From: Octopus vulgaris | Taxonomy: Eukaryota | Assembly: GCA_951406725.2 (NCBI GenBank) | Contig: OX597815.1 | Coordinates: 41,106,001 to 41,170,000, forward strand | DNA: 64,000 nt | Reading direction: 5' to 3' | In this document: positions 12,798 through 26,360 of the stretch, in pieces | Numbering within the stretch: the first letter of the stretch is position 1 | How the letters are laid out: each line of letters starts with the position of its first letter | Translations under genes and position numbers: made by a program | Notes under the pieces: generated by a model | The model's input: only the letters and a program-made list of their open reading frames with translations | Databases searched by the model: none | What the model was told of the DNA's origin: nothing

Positions 12798-14462
12798 ATC
12801 ATCATCATCATTTAACGTCTGCTTTCCATGCTGGCATGGGTTGGACGGTTCAACTGGGGTTTGGGAAGCCAGAAGGCTGCACCAGGCCCAGTCTGATCTG
12901 GCAGTGTTTCTACAGCTGGATGCCCTTCCTAACGCCAACCACTCCGTGAGTGTAGTGGGTGCTTTTTACGTGCCACCAGCACAGGTGGCAGACGAGGCTG
13001 GCAGACGGCCATGGTCGGATGGTGCTTTTTATGTGCCACTGGCATGGGGACCAGACGAAGCTGGCAATAGCCACAGTCGGATGGTGCTTTTTATGTGCCA
13101 CCGGCACGGAGGCCAATCAGGTGGCGATGGCTACGGCCACATTCGGATGGTTCTCTTATGTGCCACCGGCACTGGTATCACAGCTACAAATTCCATTGAT
13201 GTTGATAGATTACGATTTTGATTTTCACTTGCCTCAACAGGTCTTCACAAGTGGAGTTTTGTGTCCCAAGAAGGAAAGAAATGCATAAGTGAGCTGGCTA
13301 CATCCCAGGTGTAGGCCACGGGATTATGGCCTCACTTGTCCTGCCGGGTCTTCTCATGCACAGCATACTTCCATAGGTCTTGGTCTCTAGTCATTTCCTC
13401 GGTGAGACCTAAAGTTTGAAGGTCGTGCTTCACCACCTCGTCCCAGGTTTTCCTGGGTCTACCTCTTCCACAGGTTCCCTCAACCGCTAGGGTGTGGTAC
13501 TTTTTCACACAACTATCTTCATCCATTCTCGCCACATGACCATACCAGCGCAAACGTCTCTCTTGCACACCACAACTGATGCTTCTTAGGTCCAACTTTT
13601 CTCTCAAGGTACTTACACTCTGTCGAGTATGAACACTGACATTACACATCCATCGGAGCATACTGACTTCATTTCTTGCAAGCTTACGCATATCCTAAGC
13701 AGTTACAGCCCATGTTTCACTGCCATGTAGCATAGCTGTTCGTACACATGCGTCATACAATCTGCCTTTTACTCTGAGCGAGAGGCATTTTGTCACCAGC
13801 AGAGGTAAGAGCTCTCTGAACTTTGCCCAGACTATTCTTACTCTAGCAGTTACACTTTCAGCGCACCCGCACCCGCTGCTGACTTGGTCACCTAGGTAAC
13901 GGAAGCTATCAACTATTTCTAGTTTTTCTCCCTGGAATGTGGCGGAAGATGGTCTCTGCGTATTTTCAGTGTTTATTACACCCAAGCATCTGCCACATAC
14001 AAAAACTATTTTTCTAGTTAGCCTTCCTTTGACATTGCTGCACCTCTTATGTGTCCATAGCTTACACTTGGTGCATCTTATAGAGTTTCTACCTACGCCT
14101 TTTCTACAGATCAAGCAGGGCCATCTACCTGAGGGTGTTTGTGATTTGTCTACCTTCCTACTTATTAGAACTTTGGTTTTAGCTAGGTTGACTCCTAGGC
14201 CCTTCGATTCTAATCCTTGCTTCCACACCTGAAACCTCTCCTCCAATTCTGATAGTGACTCAGCAATTAGGGCAAGGTCATCAGCATAGAGGAGCTCCCA
14301 GGGGCAACCTGTCTTGAATTCCTCCGTTATTGCTTGGAGGACTATGATAAATAGGAAGGGGCTGAGGACTGAACCTTGGTGGACCCCTACCTCTACCCGG
14401 AACTCTTCACTGTACTCGTTGTCAACCCTCACCTTACTAACAGCGTCCCTGTACATGGCTCA
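12798..14462 (-). mobile_element. 5'-truncated RTE-clade LINE (RT C-terminal half, 3' UTR, (GAT)n tail)
   Basis: GVHQGSVLSP and LLYADDL RT motifs, a Cys/His-rich insert, and a GRGRPRKTW C-terminus. ORFs 13695-14456 and 13332-13691 are one frame split by a single TAG. Confidence 0.95.
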
Positions 14463-15544
14463 AAAATATGCTGTATGAACTTGTAAAATAGACGGAAACA
14501 AATTTTGAGGGTGAATAAGTCTCCATATTTTATATTGTTATAATTATTGTTTTGAACCATGGCTCTTAGATTTTCCCAGTTCAGAACCATGACCTAATGT
14601 GTCTCCATAAAAGGAAATGGGTTACCATAAAATGTATGGGAATGTAGCTTGACCAGCTGGTACTGGCTGACTTACTGTGGTCAACATGGCAAACTTCAAA
14701 TGAAGTGTGCAAGCTTTCCTGCAAAAGGTTCTAGAAAGATAGCTTACAGTTGTAAAAAGCAGGCAAATTCAATCCCAGACCAGAGAGCCACTCAGCTATC
14801 TCGAGAAATCTATGTCACTTATCTCAGTGAGTTGATCTCCCTGCCTTTTTCATTTTTCTCGTGTAACAGTCTTATGTCATACTCCATAAAAGGCACCAAC
14901 CTTAACTTGTAGTGTTGAGTAACACACATTAATTATATGCAGTAATTTAAAATTCCTTCTGCTTGTTTCATCTTCAAAGACTATGCACTACTTTCATTAT
15001 ATCATCTTGCATGTTATATTGCAGAAAACACAACATGCCTAGGGAGAGTCATTTTCTGAAAAGGTTGCAAGACGCAACGAAAATTTTAGGAAGATAAAAA
15101 TATGAAATAAGTGGAAATTTTACCAGTGAGTGTGTTGCATTATAAGGCACAAAAAGAAAATGACTCTCCCCAGACACAACAGAATATGTTTCAACACACG
15201 AACTCATATAAAGAATCTTGCAAACCAAATCCAAAAACGAAATACAATATGCCTAGTTACATTTTATTTTTCAATTTAGACTTTAGACTTAATCGTGAAA
15301 ATTTATTGCATTTTCATTATCTTCTATTTTGTATTTTTTTTGTTCGTTTTTTGCTTTCAATTTTAAATTTATTGATTATTAGGTACTGATCATTATCTTT
15401 ATCCTTTGTTGGTTATATAATTTATATCATTATCTGTGTTTTTATTTAAGTATGATTCCCTGATTTATTCACAAATTAATGCAAATAAAGAAAGTTAGCT
15501 CATCACATCACAAGAACATGATGGTTACACCAACGATTTAACAA

Positions 15545-15962
15545 CATACATTTATTTACAAGCTTTTTAATCCCATCAATGTGAAACTCTTTTGGTTTCA
15601 AAGTGAAGAACTCAGAAATGTTAGTTTCAACTGTTTGTGAAAGTTATGTCCCCCAAATGATTCTGTAAACTATGAAACAAATGGTAGTCTGAAGGAGCAA
15701 GGTCAGGAGAATAAGGTAGATGAGGGAATTTTTTCCCAACCAAGCTCTTCGGTCTTCTGTGATGTGATCTTTGCTGTGTGGGGTCATGCATTGTCCTGAT
15801 GAAACATTACTCCTTTTTGATTCACTAAAGCGGGTCTTTTTTCTTCAAAGCTTGGTTCAAATGCTCTAATTGCTGACAGTAGACTTGAGCATTGATTGTT
15901 GCATTAGGTGGTAACAATTCAAAATGAATTACTCCTTTGCAATCCCACCAGACAGAGGTATC
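15545..15962 (-). mobile_element. Mariner transposase 3' fragment
   Basis: SVWWDCKGVIHFELL, YCQQL, HQDNA.PH and YSPDLAPSDYHLF motifs, with frameshifts. Confidence 0.9.
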
Positions 15963-16442
15963 TGTAGCAGCACAAGCAGTCAGTACCATATTGGATGAGA
16001 TCTCACAGCAGCCATTGCCATCTCTGAGACTGGAGCGAGACCTCACTTGCATCCATTTGCCATGCACAAGATCACAATGAGGTTCGCGATGGCAAACTGT
16101 ATATAAGGGCAAAAACAAACAGATTCAGTCTTTTTTCCTGCCGCCTCTTAGCAGCAGTACTTGCTGATCGTGCTCCATTGGCTGGGCCTGTCTGTATGTT
16201 GTACCTCCAGAGACAATGTCCCCGCACTAATGGAGCTACTACACAACGCACACAGCTAAAAATGGTTGCTGAGAGTAGCAGACTTCACCTATCCTGTGAA
16301 ACCTGTAAATAAACCAGTCATAAATTGCATTTTGCACTTGAAATTTTCTCTCTTCACCTGCTGGAGCCTGAACTACACAAAGAACAAAAGGAGATAATGG
16401 AGGAAGGCAATATTCTCTTGATATCGTAAACCTTACCATCCA
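15963..16442 (+). mobile_element. Solo LTR related to the Gypsy LTR at 50394-50881
   Basis: Starts TGTAGCA and ends CA. Contains TATATAA- and AATAAA-like signals. Colinear similarity to the reverse complement of 50394-50881 (tgtagca..acaag, gagatctc, ttgccatgc.caaga.caca.tgagg, taatgg..g.agg....gaacctt). Confidence 0.75.
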
Positions 16443-17152
16443 TTATATGTCCATCATTTCCAATCTTCCTTGGAAAAATATCCAGCCTGAGGAAATATTA
16501 CTTTGCTTGGAAAACAGGTGAGGGCTGGTGACAAGAAGGGCATCTGGCTGTAAAAAAAAAACAACCAACCAACCCTGCCTCAACAAATTCCATCTGACTC
16601 ATGTAACTATGGAAGAGTAGATGTTAAACGATAATGATGATGATGATAGAATAGATCAAATATAAAGAAAATTTATACTAATACTTTTGTAATAATATTT
16701 TAGTAACCATTATGGATTTATTGGCTATAGACCCATTTATGCTACATCACCCCTCCCATGCATGCTTCAATACAAGCCAATCTTCTGTCCCTTATAATTA
16801 GAATGAGAAAAAGAGGAATGGGAAGAAAGGAACAAAGTCATTAGGGTATACACATATTTTATTGTATATTCTCATATGACTTAGTTGAGTCGAATGAAGC
16901 AGGTACTTATTCTGTATTCCATTATCTATTAACACTTTAACAGATGCATAATTAGTTCAAAACAATGTGAATAAATAAGAATTACATTTCACAGAGTAAT
17001 TTGAAGGCTAATTACTCAATGTAATTTTGTATAGTCTGCATTGTTCTGTGTTTATAATTGACAACTTTATGTAATAAGTAGTAATTATCTACCATATGGA
17101 TTTTGAGTGCTTCACATAGACATTATCATGCATACACACACACACACACACG

Positions 17153-17195
<43 letters not shown>

Positions 17196-17449
17196 ACATG
17201 CATGTGTGCATGTAAACACTTAAAGAACTGGTAAAAATCCAAACTTAAAGCACAAATAACATGTACAATGAGCTGATATATTTTTTTATTCATATGATGG
17301 TCCTTAGTTGCCTGATCATGTTTCCTTCTTAGGATTCTAGGAAAGAATTTCTATGTTCCATCACCTGAATAAACACACACTCACACACACATATATATAT
17401 TTATATACATATATACCTACCTGTCCATCTGTCCATTTGTTTAACTGAG

Positions 17450-17488
<39 letters not shown>

Positions 17489-17622
17489 ATTAATGTGTGT
17501 GTATAAACATACATAAATATATATAGGTACACACACACACACACAAGTAAGCACATAAGTGCAAAACAAGGGAGAAAAAGTAGTACTCGAACCAAAGATG
17601 GAGTAATATACTACATACATAC

Positions 17623-17781
17623 ACTAGCGTAGCTGGGTGGTAGGGGCTGTCCGCTCCAGGAGGCACTTTTAAAGGAGCGGCACTTTTGGGTCTGCTGTAG
17701 GCAATATATGTTTTTTGTGGGGTCTGGGATGGAGCAAGTGGAAGGGCCACCCGGGCTGACACACGCTCTTGCTATGCTAGT
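17623..17781. mobile_element. MITE with actagcgtagc/gctatgctagt termini
   Basis: 11-bp terminal inverted repeat with 1 mismatch. A decayed relative lies at 18582-18747. Confidence 0.6.
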
Positions 17782-18581
17782 ACATCATACATGTGTTGTA
17801 TTTTCTGTGTGAACAGTTAGGCATACATCTACTAATGGTGAATTTAGACCTCCATGTAGAATACCATCATCTGGTCTACTTCTAGAATAATGGTAATTGA
17901 CAGGAATATTGTACTCAGCTGTATTGCTGGTTGTGGTATGTAGGAAAAAGTATGATAAATATATAATCTAGTTTATGCCATTTGTTCCCTATGCATATTT
18001 TGTCATTGTGGCTGTTCGCATCCAAATGCACTATGGATGCTTACTGAAAGGATATAAATGGCCATAACAGAGAAATGTGGTGTTATTGTCAGCATTGGTG
18101 GAATTGGCATTGGCATTGGCGTCATTGTGGTGGTGTAACATCTCATGGACGAAAAGGGGCATAATTTCTTTGGGCCTATGAGCCAGCCTTGTTTTATTTT
18201 ACTCTTGTTTTTATTCAATTCTGTGTTGCTTGACTCTGTGTTTTCTTCACTTCCAACAATCTGAAACTGACAGGGAATTCTATATGGAGAGAAGAATGTT
18301 AATTCAATCACTTAATCACACCAGGCAAATTGAGATAAGCTCCAAAACGTCATAAAACTTAGTCTGCTTAATGGCTAGAGTTAAGCAACTAAAACTGATA
18401 ACAGAAAAGGAGTTATAGGTTTCTGTACATTTTCCCTGCACCTAATTCCCCTCACAAAGCCTGAGTCAATCTTAAGTAGAAGACTTTTGCATAAGGTGTC
18501 ACACATTGGAATTGAAGCTGGAAGTAGCTGATTGTGAAACAAATTTCTTAATGACACAACTAAGCTTGTACTAACTTGTTG

Positions 18582-18747
18582 CAGTGGCGTAATGGCAGGG
18601 AAGTGGGTAGGTGCAGTTCATCCGGAGCAATGCTTTTATGGGGTGGTATTTTTAGGTCTTCTGTATAAGCCTGTACAGTCTATGTTAGCTTTTGGATGGC
18701 AAACTCTAGGTCTACTCCAGAGAGAACATACTCTAGCTATATCATTG
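18582..18747. mobile_element. Decayed MITE (cagtggcgta... family)
   Basis: Internal similarity to 17623-17781; degenerate TIRs. Confidence 0.45.
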
Positions 18748-18812
18748 GTTTATAGGGGCAGCAACAAAAATTCAAAAGATTCACAGTCATCAAATAAATA
18801 GGGTTCAAGAAG

Positions 18813-18876
<64 letters not shown>

Positions 18877-19002
18877 TATAAGTTAACTAGATTTTATTTG
18901 ACTATTTAAGAAATCTATTTCATTTTCCTTCTTCATTGAATTTGACTCTTCTCTTCACGTTGTTTAAATGTCATTTTATTTTTATTTCTAATTAACCCAA
19001 AG

Positions 19003-19101
19003 GATCCTCTTTATTTGGACAAATGTGTCATCACTGTGGATCCAGTGTATGAAGAAGTCTTCGAAGTTCAAGACTGGAATAAAGAATCATATCTCTTTAA
19101 G
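19003..19101 (+). CDS. Internal coding exon (phase 0-0), PH domain beta5-beta7: DPLYLDKCVITVDPVYEEVFEVQDWNKESYLFK
   Basis: Branch-point-like ctaat, AAG acceptor, AAG|GTAATC donor, 99 bp open. Joins in frame to 22806 to give the PH signature YLFKGEDDTETHRWVQQL. Confidence 0.85.
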
Positions 19102-19186
19102 GTAATCTCATATTTTTACATAAATATTTATACAAAGCACATTTATAAATCAGAAGTTCTCTAATGCAATGGTTGAAAGTATATTA

Positions 19187-19450
19187 CAATAATTCCATGC
19201 CATATTGCGGTTCACCTATCGCGCATTCAGTATACCGCGGTCCATCTATCACACACTCAGTACATCATGATTCACCTATTGCACACTCAGTACATCGCGG
19301 ATTTTTTGGTAAATATATGGAAATTTATATCAGGACTCCTCACTATATCACATGTTTCTGTGGTCGATAGGTATTTATATTTTTTTAGAATTTAATTGCT
19401 TCTGTGGGAGGTTTTGGAATTTAACACCTGCGATAATTGAGGGATTACTG
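19187..19450. mobile_element. Tigger/pogo-like MITE with internal ~30-bp tandem repeats
   Basis: caataattcc.../gagggattactg termini with a TA on the left. Three copies of ttcacctatcgc.cactcagtacatcgcgg. Confidence 0.6.
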
Positions 19451-19556
19451 TCTTTATATTTATATTTAAATATATTATTTATATTTGCTTTTACTTTTGT
19501 GTAAATTTTATAATTTAAGTGATGTTCTGTTATTTTGTATAAAAACTATTTTATTT

Positions 19557-19965
19557 TATCTCTTACTTGTTTTGGTCATAGATCTGTGGCCATGCTATAA
19601 CACCACCTTAAGGGGTTTACTCTCAAAAATTGAACCCAATACTTATTTTAAAGTCTAGTACTTATTCTATCAGTCTATTTTGTTGAACTGCTTTGTTAAG
19701 AGAACATAAATAAACCAATATCAGTTGTCAAATGAAAGGGGGGAGGCACATAAATAATAATGAACATATGCTGGGAGGCACAGCCACTCCTACGCATAGG
19801 TGTAGGAGTGGCTGTGTGGTAAGTAGCTTGTTTACCAACCACATGTTTCTGGGTTCAGTCCCACTGCATGGCACTTTGGGCAAGTGTCTTCTACTACAGC
19901 CTTGGGCCAACCAAAGCCTTGTGAGTGAATTTGGTAAACAGAAACTGAAAGAAGCCTGTCGTGTG

Positions 19966-19996
<31 letters not shown>

Positions 19997-20215
19997 ATAT
20001 GTTTGTGTGTCTGTGTTTGTCCCCCCAAAATTGCTTGTCAACCGATGCTGGTGTGTTTACATCACTGTAACTTAGCGGTTCGGCAAAAGAGACCGATAGA
20101 ATAAGTACTAGGCTTACAAAGAATAAGTCCTGGGGTCGATTTGCTCGACTAAAGGTGGTGCTCCAGCATGGCCACAGTCAAATGACTGAAACAAGTAAAA
20201 GAGTAAAAGGGTAAA
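19557..20215. mobile_element. Head-to-head pair of family A SINEs (19557-19795 minus, 19797-20215 plus)
   Basis: Junction palindrome cacagccactcctac-gcataggt-gtaggagtggctgtg (19779-19816). The 3' halves are mutually complementary. Confidence 0.85.
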
Positions 20216-20221
20216 AGAGTG

Positions 20222-20408
20222 CTCAAGTGCACTACAAACTCAGGTGCACTACAAATTCAGGTGGACTACAAACTCAGGTACATTACAAGCTCAGGTGCAT
20301 TACAAATTCAGGCACACTACAAATTCATGTGCACTACAAACTCAGGTTCCCTACAAATCCAGATGCACTACAAGCTCAGATGTACTACAAGCTCAGGTAC
20401 ACTACAAA
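20222..20408 (+). repeat. Minisatellite, 11 x 17 bp (ctcaggtgcactacaaa)
   Basis: Counted directly; no spacers. Confidence 0.95.
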
Positions 20409-20782
20409 ATATAATCGCAAATACACACACACACAGACACACACTCACACACACACACACACACATTTTCCAATTAGATATATAGTTTCCATCAACCAAA
20501 GTCATTCACATAGCATTACCTAGCCCAGGATTATAGTTAAAGATACCTGCCTAAGGTGCCACACAATAAGACCCAACTCAAAACCACGTAGCTGTAAAGT
20601 GAGCCTCTTAACCACACACTTATGTCTACACCTGTACGCAGCAATGCCCACGGAATTTTTTACTTTTTATCTTTGTTCTATATATTTTGTCCTTATTTTA
20701 TATCTTTACTCTATATATTTATCATTATTCTACATATTTATCTTTACTCTATATATTTATCTTTATTCTATATGTTTACACT

Positions 20783-21695
20783 TTAGCATTCAAACCAAGC
20801 ACAATCTATAGTGTACAATCATGTACACTATAGATCTCTATTGCAATCAGACCTGAACACAATGCAGCAGTGGATCATGGACTGGCAACTCAAGCTGGCT
20901 GTGGACAAATGTACCACCATACATTTTGGGAAGAAAAACCCAGTGTCTACTTACTCCCTCCACAACACTAATCTCAAAAAGTCTTCTTGTGAACGTGACC
21001 TGGGTGTTATTGTCGATAGTGATTTACACTTGACGAAACACATCGCTAAAATTGCCAAGATGGCATCACTCACCAAGTCCTTTGTGAGCCGCTCTCCGGC
21101 TATCTATCTGTGGTTTTATATAGCTATGGTACGACCTCACCTGGAATTTGCATCACCGGTCTGGAGCCCCTATCTTGCCCAGGATATTAATTGTCTGGAA
21201 GCCGTTCAGTGACATGCAACCAAGAGGCATTTGCTATATTCTGAACGCCTTACTTCCCTGGGCATGGACACATTGAAACTCTGACGTCTGGCAGCTGACT
21301 TGGCAGATACCCATAAAATTATTAACCATTTTACAAACAATAACTCTGAGTACCTTTTCAAACTCCATATGTCTAACACCCATGGACATGTTTACAAAGT
21401 CAGAAAACAGCACAGCTCCCATGACTTTCGGAAACATTTTTTCACACTAAGAGTTGTTGAAGCATGGAACAAACTGCTGGCATCAGTTGTTAGTTGTCGG
21501 AGCACTGCATCCTTCAAAACTTCCATGCTTCCTGAGATTTGCCAACACTACACCTGATTTTCTCCCCTCCATACACATGCAAGCATGTATCTGACTCACA
21601 TACTGTTCGCTTTCCAAACATTTGTACATTACTGCATATACTTTATATGCACTTTTGAGAAGTTGTGGTGCACCTGAGCACTGTATACAATAATT

Positions 21696-21751
<56 letters not shown>
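20783..21751 (+). mobile_element. CR1-clade LINE 3' fragment with (ATT)n tail
   Basis: LQSDLN..QQW..DWQLKL, ERDLGVIVD, VRPHLEFASPVWSPY and FFTLRVVEAWNKL motifs, then 3' UTR and (ATT)n. Confidence 0.9.
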
Positions 21752-21753
<2 letters not shown>

Positions 21754-21892
21754 AAAATTTCTGTTTTATATTTCAGACTGGCCAGGTCCAGTTTCTCACA
21801 CCTACTCTACAATGTGATTCTAAAAGTAAACAATCACATCATCAAAATCTCAAAGCTACAAACTAAACCATAGTCAGTTTCAAAGAATCTTT

Positions 21893-22590
21893 TATCGTTT
21901 ACTTGTTTCAGTCACTAGACTGCAACAATGCTTGGGCACTGCCTTGAAGATTCTTTAGCCAAATTATTCAACCCTAGTACTTAATTTTTGCTAAACCTGG
22001 TACTTATTGTATTAGTCTCTTGAATAACTGCTAAGTTACAGGGATGTAAACACACCAACACCAGTTGTCAAGTGGTGGTAGTGGACAAACACAAAGCATA
22101 TAGAGACCCACACACACACACACATATCATTTATATATATATATGTGTGTGTGTGAGTGTGTGTGCGTGTGTATATATATAAAAGAATATATATAAATGG
22201 CTGTGTGGTAAGTAGCTTGCTTGCCAACCACATGGTTCTGGATTTAGTCCCACTGTGTGGCACCTTGGGCAAGTGTCTTCTACTATAACCTCAGGCCAAC
22301 CAAAGCCTTGTGAGTGGATTTGGTAGGTGGAAACTGAAAGAAGCCCGTCGTAGATATGTATATGTATATATATATATATGTGTGTCTGTGTGTGTTTGTG
22401 TGTCTGTGTTTGTCACCCCAACATCACTTGACAACCAATGCTGGTGTGTTTACGTCCCCGTAACTTAGTGGTTCAGCAAAAGAGACCAATAGAATAAGTA
22501 CTAGGCTTACAAAGAATAAGTCCTGGGGTCGATTTTCTCAACTAAAGGTGGTGCTCCAGCATGGCCACAGTCAAATGACTGAAACAAGAA
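21893..22590. mobile_element. Second inverted pair of family A SINEs (21893-22115 minus, 22197-22590 plus)
   Basis: Sequence similarity to the other family A copies, in opposite orientations. Confidence 0.8.
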
Positions 22591-22805
22591 AAAAAAGAAA
22601 GAGAAATATATATATAAAGTATACATATATATGTGTGTGTGTGTATATAAAAGTATATATATATATATATATATAAAGTACACATATATACATATCCCCG
22701 GTCGAACCGTCCAACCCATGCTAGCATGGAGAACGGACGTTAAACGTTGATGATGATGTTATGATATGTGATGTTAAGATTTGACTTTTTTCTTTTCTCT
22801 GTCAG

Positions 22806-22952
22806 GGAGAAGATGATACTGAAACACATCGCTGGGTTCAACAGCTTAAAAACCAGAGCAAAAATCTCGGAGTTTGGTGGAGACGTCGAAATGCTGTACC
22901 TGACATCAAAACCAATAACGAAGGACCTGCTGATAACTGTGAGGACTCTTAA
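22806..22952 (+). CDS. Terminal coding exon: PH C-terminal helix plus tail GEDDTETHRWVQQLKNQSKNLGVWWRRRNAVPDIKTNNEGPADNCEDS*
   Basis: Strong acceptor ttttttcttttctctgtcAG, 147 bp ending in TAA (22950-22952), invariant PH Trp in E..RWVQQL. A C-terminal PH would fit a DH-PH RhoGEF, but no DH domain is visible in the window. Confidence 0.85.
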   Translation, partial: GEDDTETHRWVQQLKNQSKNLGVWWRRRNAVPDIKTNNEGPADNCEDS

Positions 22953-22974
22953 GCGATTCATAGTGTATCTCAAC

Positions 22975-22978
22975 AAAT

Positions 22979-23049
<71 letters not shown>

Positions 23050-23425
23050 CATATATATATACACACACACTGACAAACACACACACGCACAGACACACAT
23101 AAAGATAAGTTCTCAAATACACACATATACCGAAGAACTATGAAAAATTATAAATAACATCATTTTTTTTTCTAACATCAGAATATTTGTGCAAATCACC
23201 ATCTTTCAGGAACACTTGTAGCCCAAACTATTATGAAAATATGCAGGAAATTGCATAGAATTATAATACAATATAGACTATTGCAAACAGGAAAGAAAAA
23301 CACTCAAAAGTAAAAAAAAAGAAAAAATTGATAGGAATTTTAAAATTGTTTATTGTATCATTACTGTAAATTTTGTTAAAATGTGATTATATATGTATAT
23401 GTGTATGTATCTATCTATCCATGTT

Positions 23426-23485
<60 letters not shown>

Positions 23486-23490
23486 CCTAC

Positions 23491-23533
<43 letters not shown>

Positions 23534-23538
23534 CCTAC

Positions 23539-23582
<44 letters not shown>

Positions 23583-23635
23583 ATATATATATATATATAT
23601 ATATATGTAGATATATATATATGTATGTATGCATG

Positions 23636-23682
<47 letters not shown>

Positions 23683-23975
23683 TACATACGTATATATATA
23701 TATATATATATAAACACCTATGCATAAATATATCTATATATGGATACATACACATATATCAGGCATGTATGTACATATACATACATATACATACATATAT
23801 ATGTGTGTGTGTGTGTATATATATATGTATATACACACACACACATACACACATATATATATTTATATATATGCATATATATATATACATAATACATACA
23901 AATATACATATCTATATATCTATATATCTATATCTATCTATCTATCTATCTATCTATATAAGTACATAATTATAT

Positions 23976-24011
<36 letters not shown>

Positions 24012-24029
24012 ATACATACAAATATACAT

Positions 24030-24096
<67 letters not shown>

Positions 24097-24450
24097 ATAT
24101 ATATCGTACATATATATACATACATCGTATATCGTACATATATATACATACATAATACACACAAATATACATATCTATATATCTATATATATATGTATGT
24201 ATTAGTACATAATTATATCATACATATGTATACACATGCATACATGCATATGCATATACATATATATATATATATATATATAAACAAAGGTATTTTGTAC
24301 CCTTGTTTATAAATTTGCCTTTAGGTTTTAATTGCTAATGGGCCATCTATGTTATTTATACACACACACACACATATGTACATGCATAGATACATACATA
24401 CATACATAAAAGCATACATACATACATACATACATACATACATACATACA

Positions 24451-24512
<62 letters not shown>

Positions 24513-24892
24513 AACACACACTCTCTCTCTCTCATACATACACTCACACACACACATACATCAGATAATGCACCTGTCAACAACAATTGTGTTCCTTTAG
24601 CACTTTTATGAATAAATACAAGCATACTTTTCTGGTTTCTTTTTGTAAAGCATGTTAATACATTCTTATATGTATAACTGTATGTGTATGAGTTGCTCAT
24701 AGGACTGTATATTTGAGCTTCACATTACTTATATCATATTGCATAAGACCTACAATCTTTAATGTACATCAACTGAAGATTATAGTTAGCTTGCCAAAAG
24801 GAAACTGCAAGAAATCTACCTGAGGCATTTGAAATTCTAGTTATCAAACACATATGTAGTTATGTATGTGAATGAGTTTGTATGTGTGTGTA

Positions 24893-24924
<32 letters not shown>

Positions 24925-25533
24925 CTCATATACACACAGACACTCACATATATATATACAGATACACACACACAAACATATATTTATGTACATATATACA
25001 TACATACATATATTTATATTTATATATGAAATATGAATATAGTATGAATGTTTGTGCATGTATATACATGTGTATGTGCAGCATGAATATATTATGTATA
25101 TGTCTATTTACACACACACACATGCATGCACATACATATGCATGCACACACACACAGACACACACAAACACACACACAAATTGTAAATGTGCACAAATCA
25201 ATGTACTCTCACATGCATAAACTTATGTTTGTTTTTTATAATTTTCTTTATCTAGTGAGGCTGTGTAAGCATTTGCTATGCGATTCTTAAAGATGTGAAA
25301 TGTTAAAGATAATCTTAAAACCTGCGGCTGTGTAAGACAATTGACTGCCGTCCATTTATCACAGAATGTATGTATGTATGTATGTATGTATGTATATATG
25401 TATGTATGTATCTATACATGCATGTGTATATGTATATGTTTGATTGTTTAAATTTCTTTCTCTTTCTCTGTCTATCAGTCTCTGTGATTCCTTTTATGTA
25501 TATATATGTATATGTGTGGTTGCATGTGCTTGT

Positions 25534-25588
<55 letters not shown>

Positions 25589-25621
25589 TATATTTGTTAT
25601 AAAGACATATTTGTGAGTGTG

Positions 25622-25668
<47 letters not shown>

Positions 25669-25726
25669 ATCTTTATATGTATGCATATATGTCAGTACAT
25701 CTAATCTGTATATCTAAGTATTTGTG

Positions 25727-25764
<38 letters not shown>

Positions 25765-26259
25765 GTGCTTGTATACAAAATTATAAATTTATCAGTCATA
25801 CTATTAGTTCCACAATATTTCACTGTTGGTCTCAAGCTTTGGTTATCAGCAATTCCCAGACAGTAAATATTTGAATGCATACATACATATACATATATGT
25901 GTCTATACATACATATACACACATATGCATAGATAGATATATGCGTACATAAACAACACTTAAGTACATACATATATACATAAATACTGATAGACAATCT
26001 GTGTACATATAATTTTTAAATTATCATTTATTATTTTTTTTAACCTTTATACTTGAAAATCACACACCTATATAACTTTAAACACTCAAACACAGACACA
26101 TACACAAATATATATATATATATATATACACACACATATATATGTATACATACACACATACACATATTCCCAATAGCTGAGGATTAACACCATGCTTTGA
26201 AACTCAGAGTGCTAAGGAATTTGAATCAAGCTGTTTTGATCCATACATATGTGTGTATG

Positions 26260-26300
<41 letters not shown>

Positions 26301-26315
26301 TCATATACATATATA

Positions 26316-26360
<45 letters not shown>

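Noticed and set aside
7915-15805. Other CTGATGA words (~7920, 7968, 9071, 9182, 15796)
   Set aside because: They lie inside transposase coding sequence with no stem II/GAAA/stem I context.
18003-18311. Minus-strand 102-aa ORF with possible splice sites
   Set aside because: Low-complexity, no recognisable domain, no partner exons found.
20222-20408. CRISPR-like regular repeat
   Set aside because: Units are contiguous with no spacers, there are no cas genes, and the context is eukaryotic.
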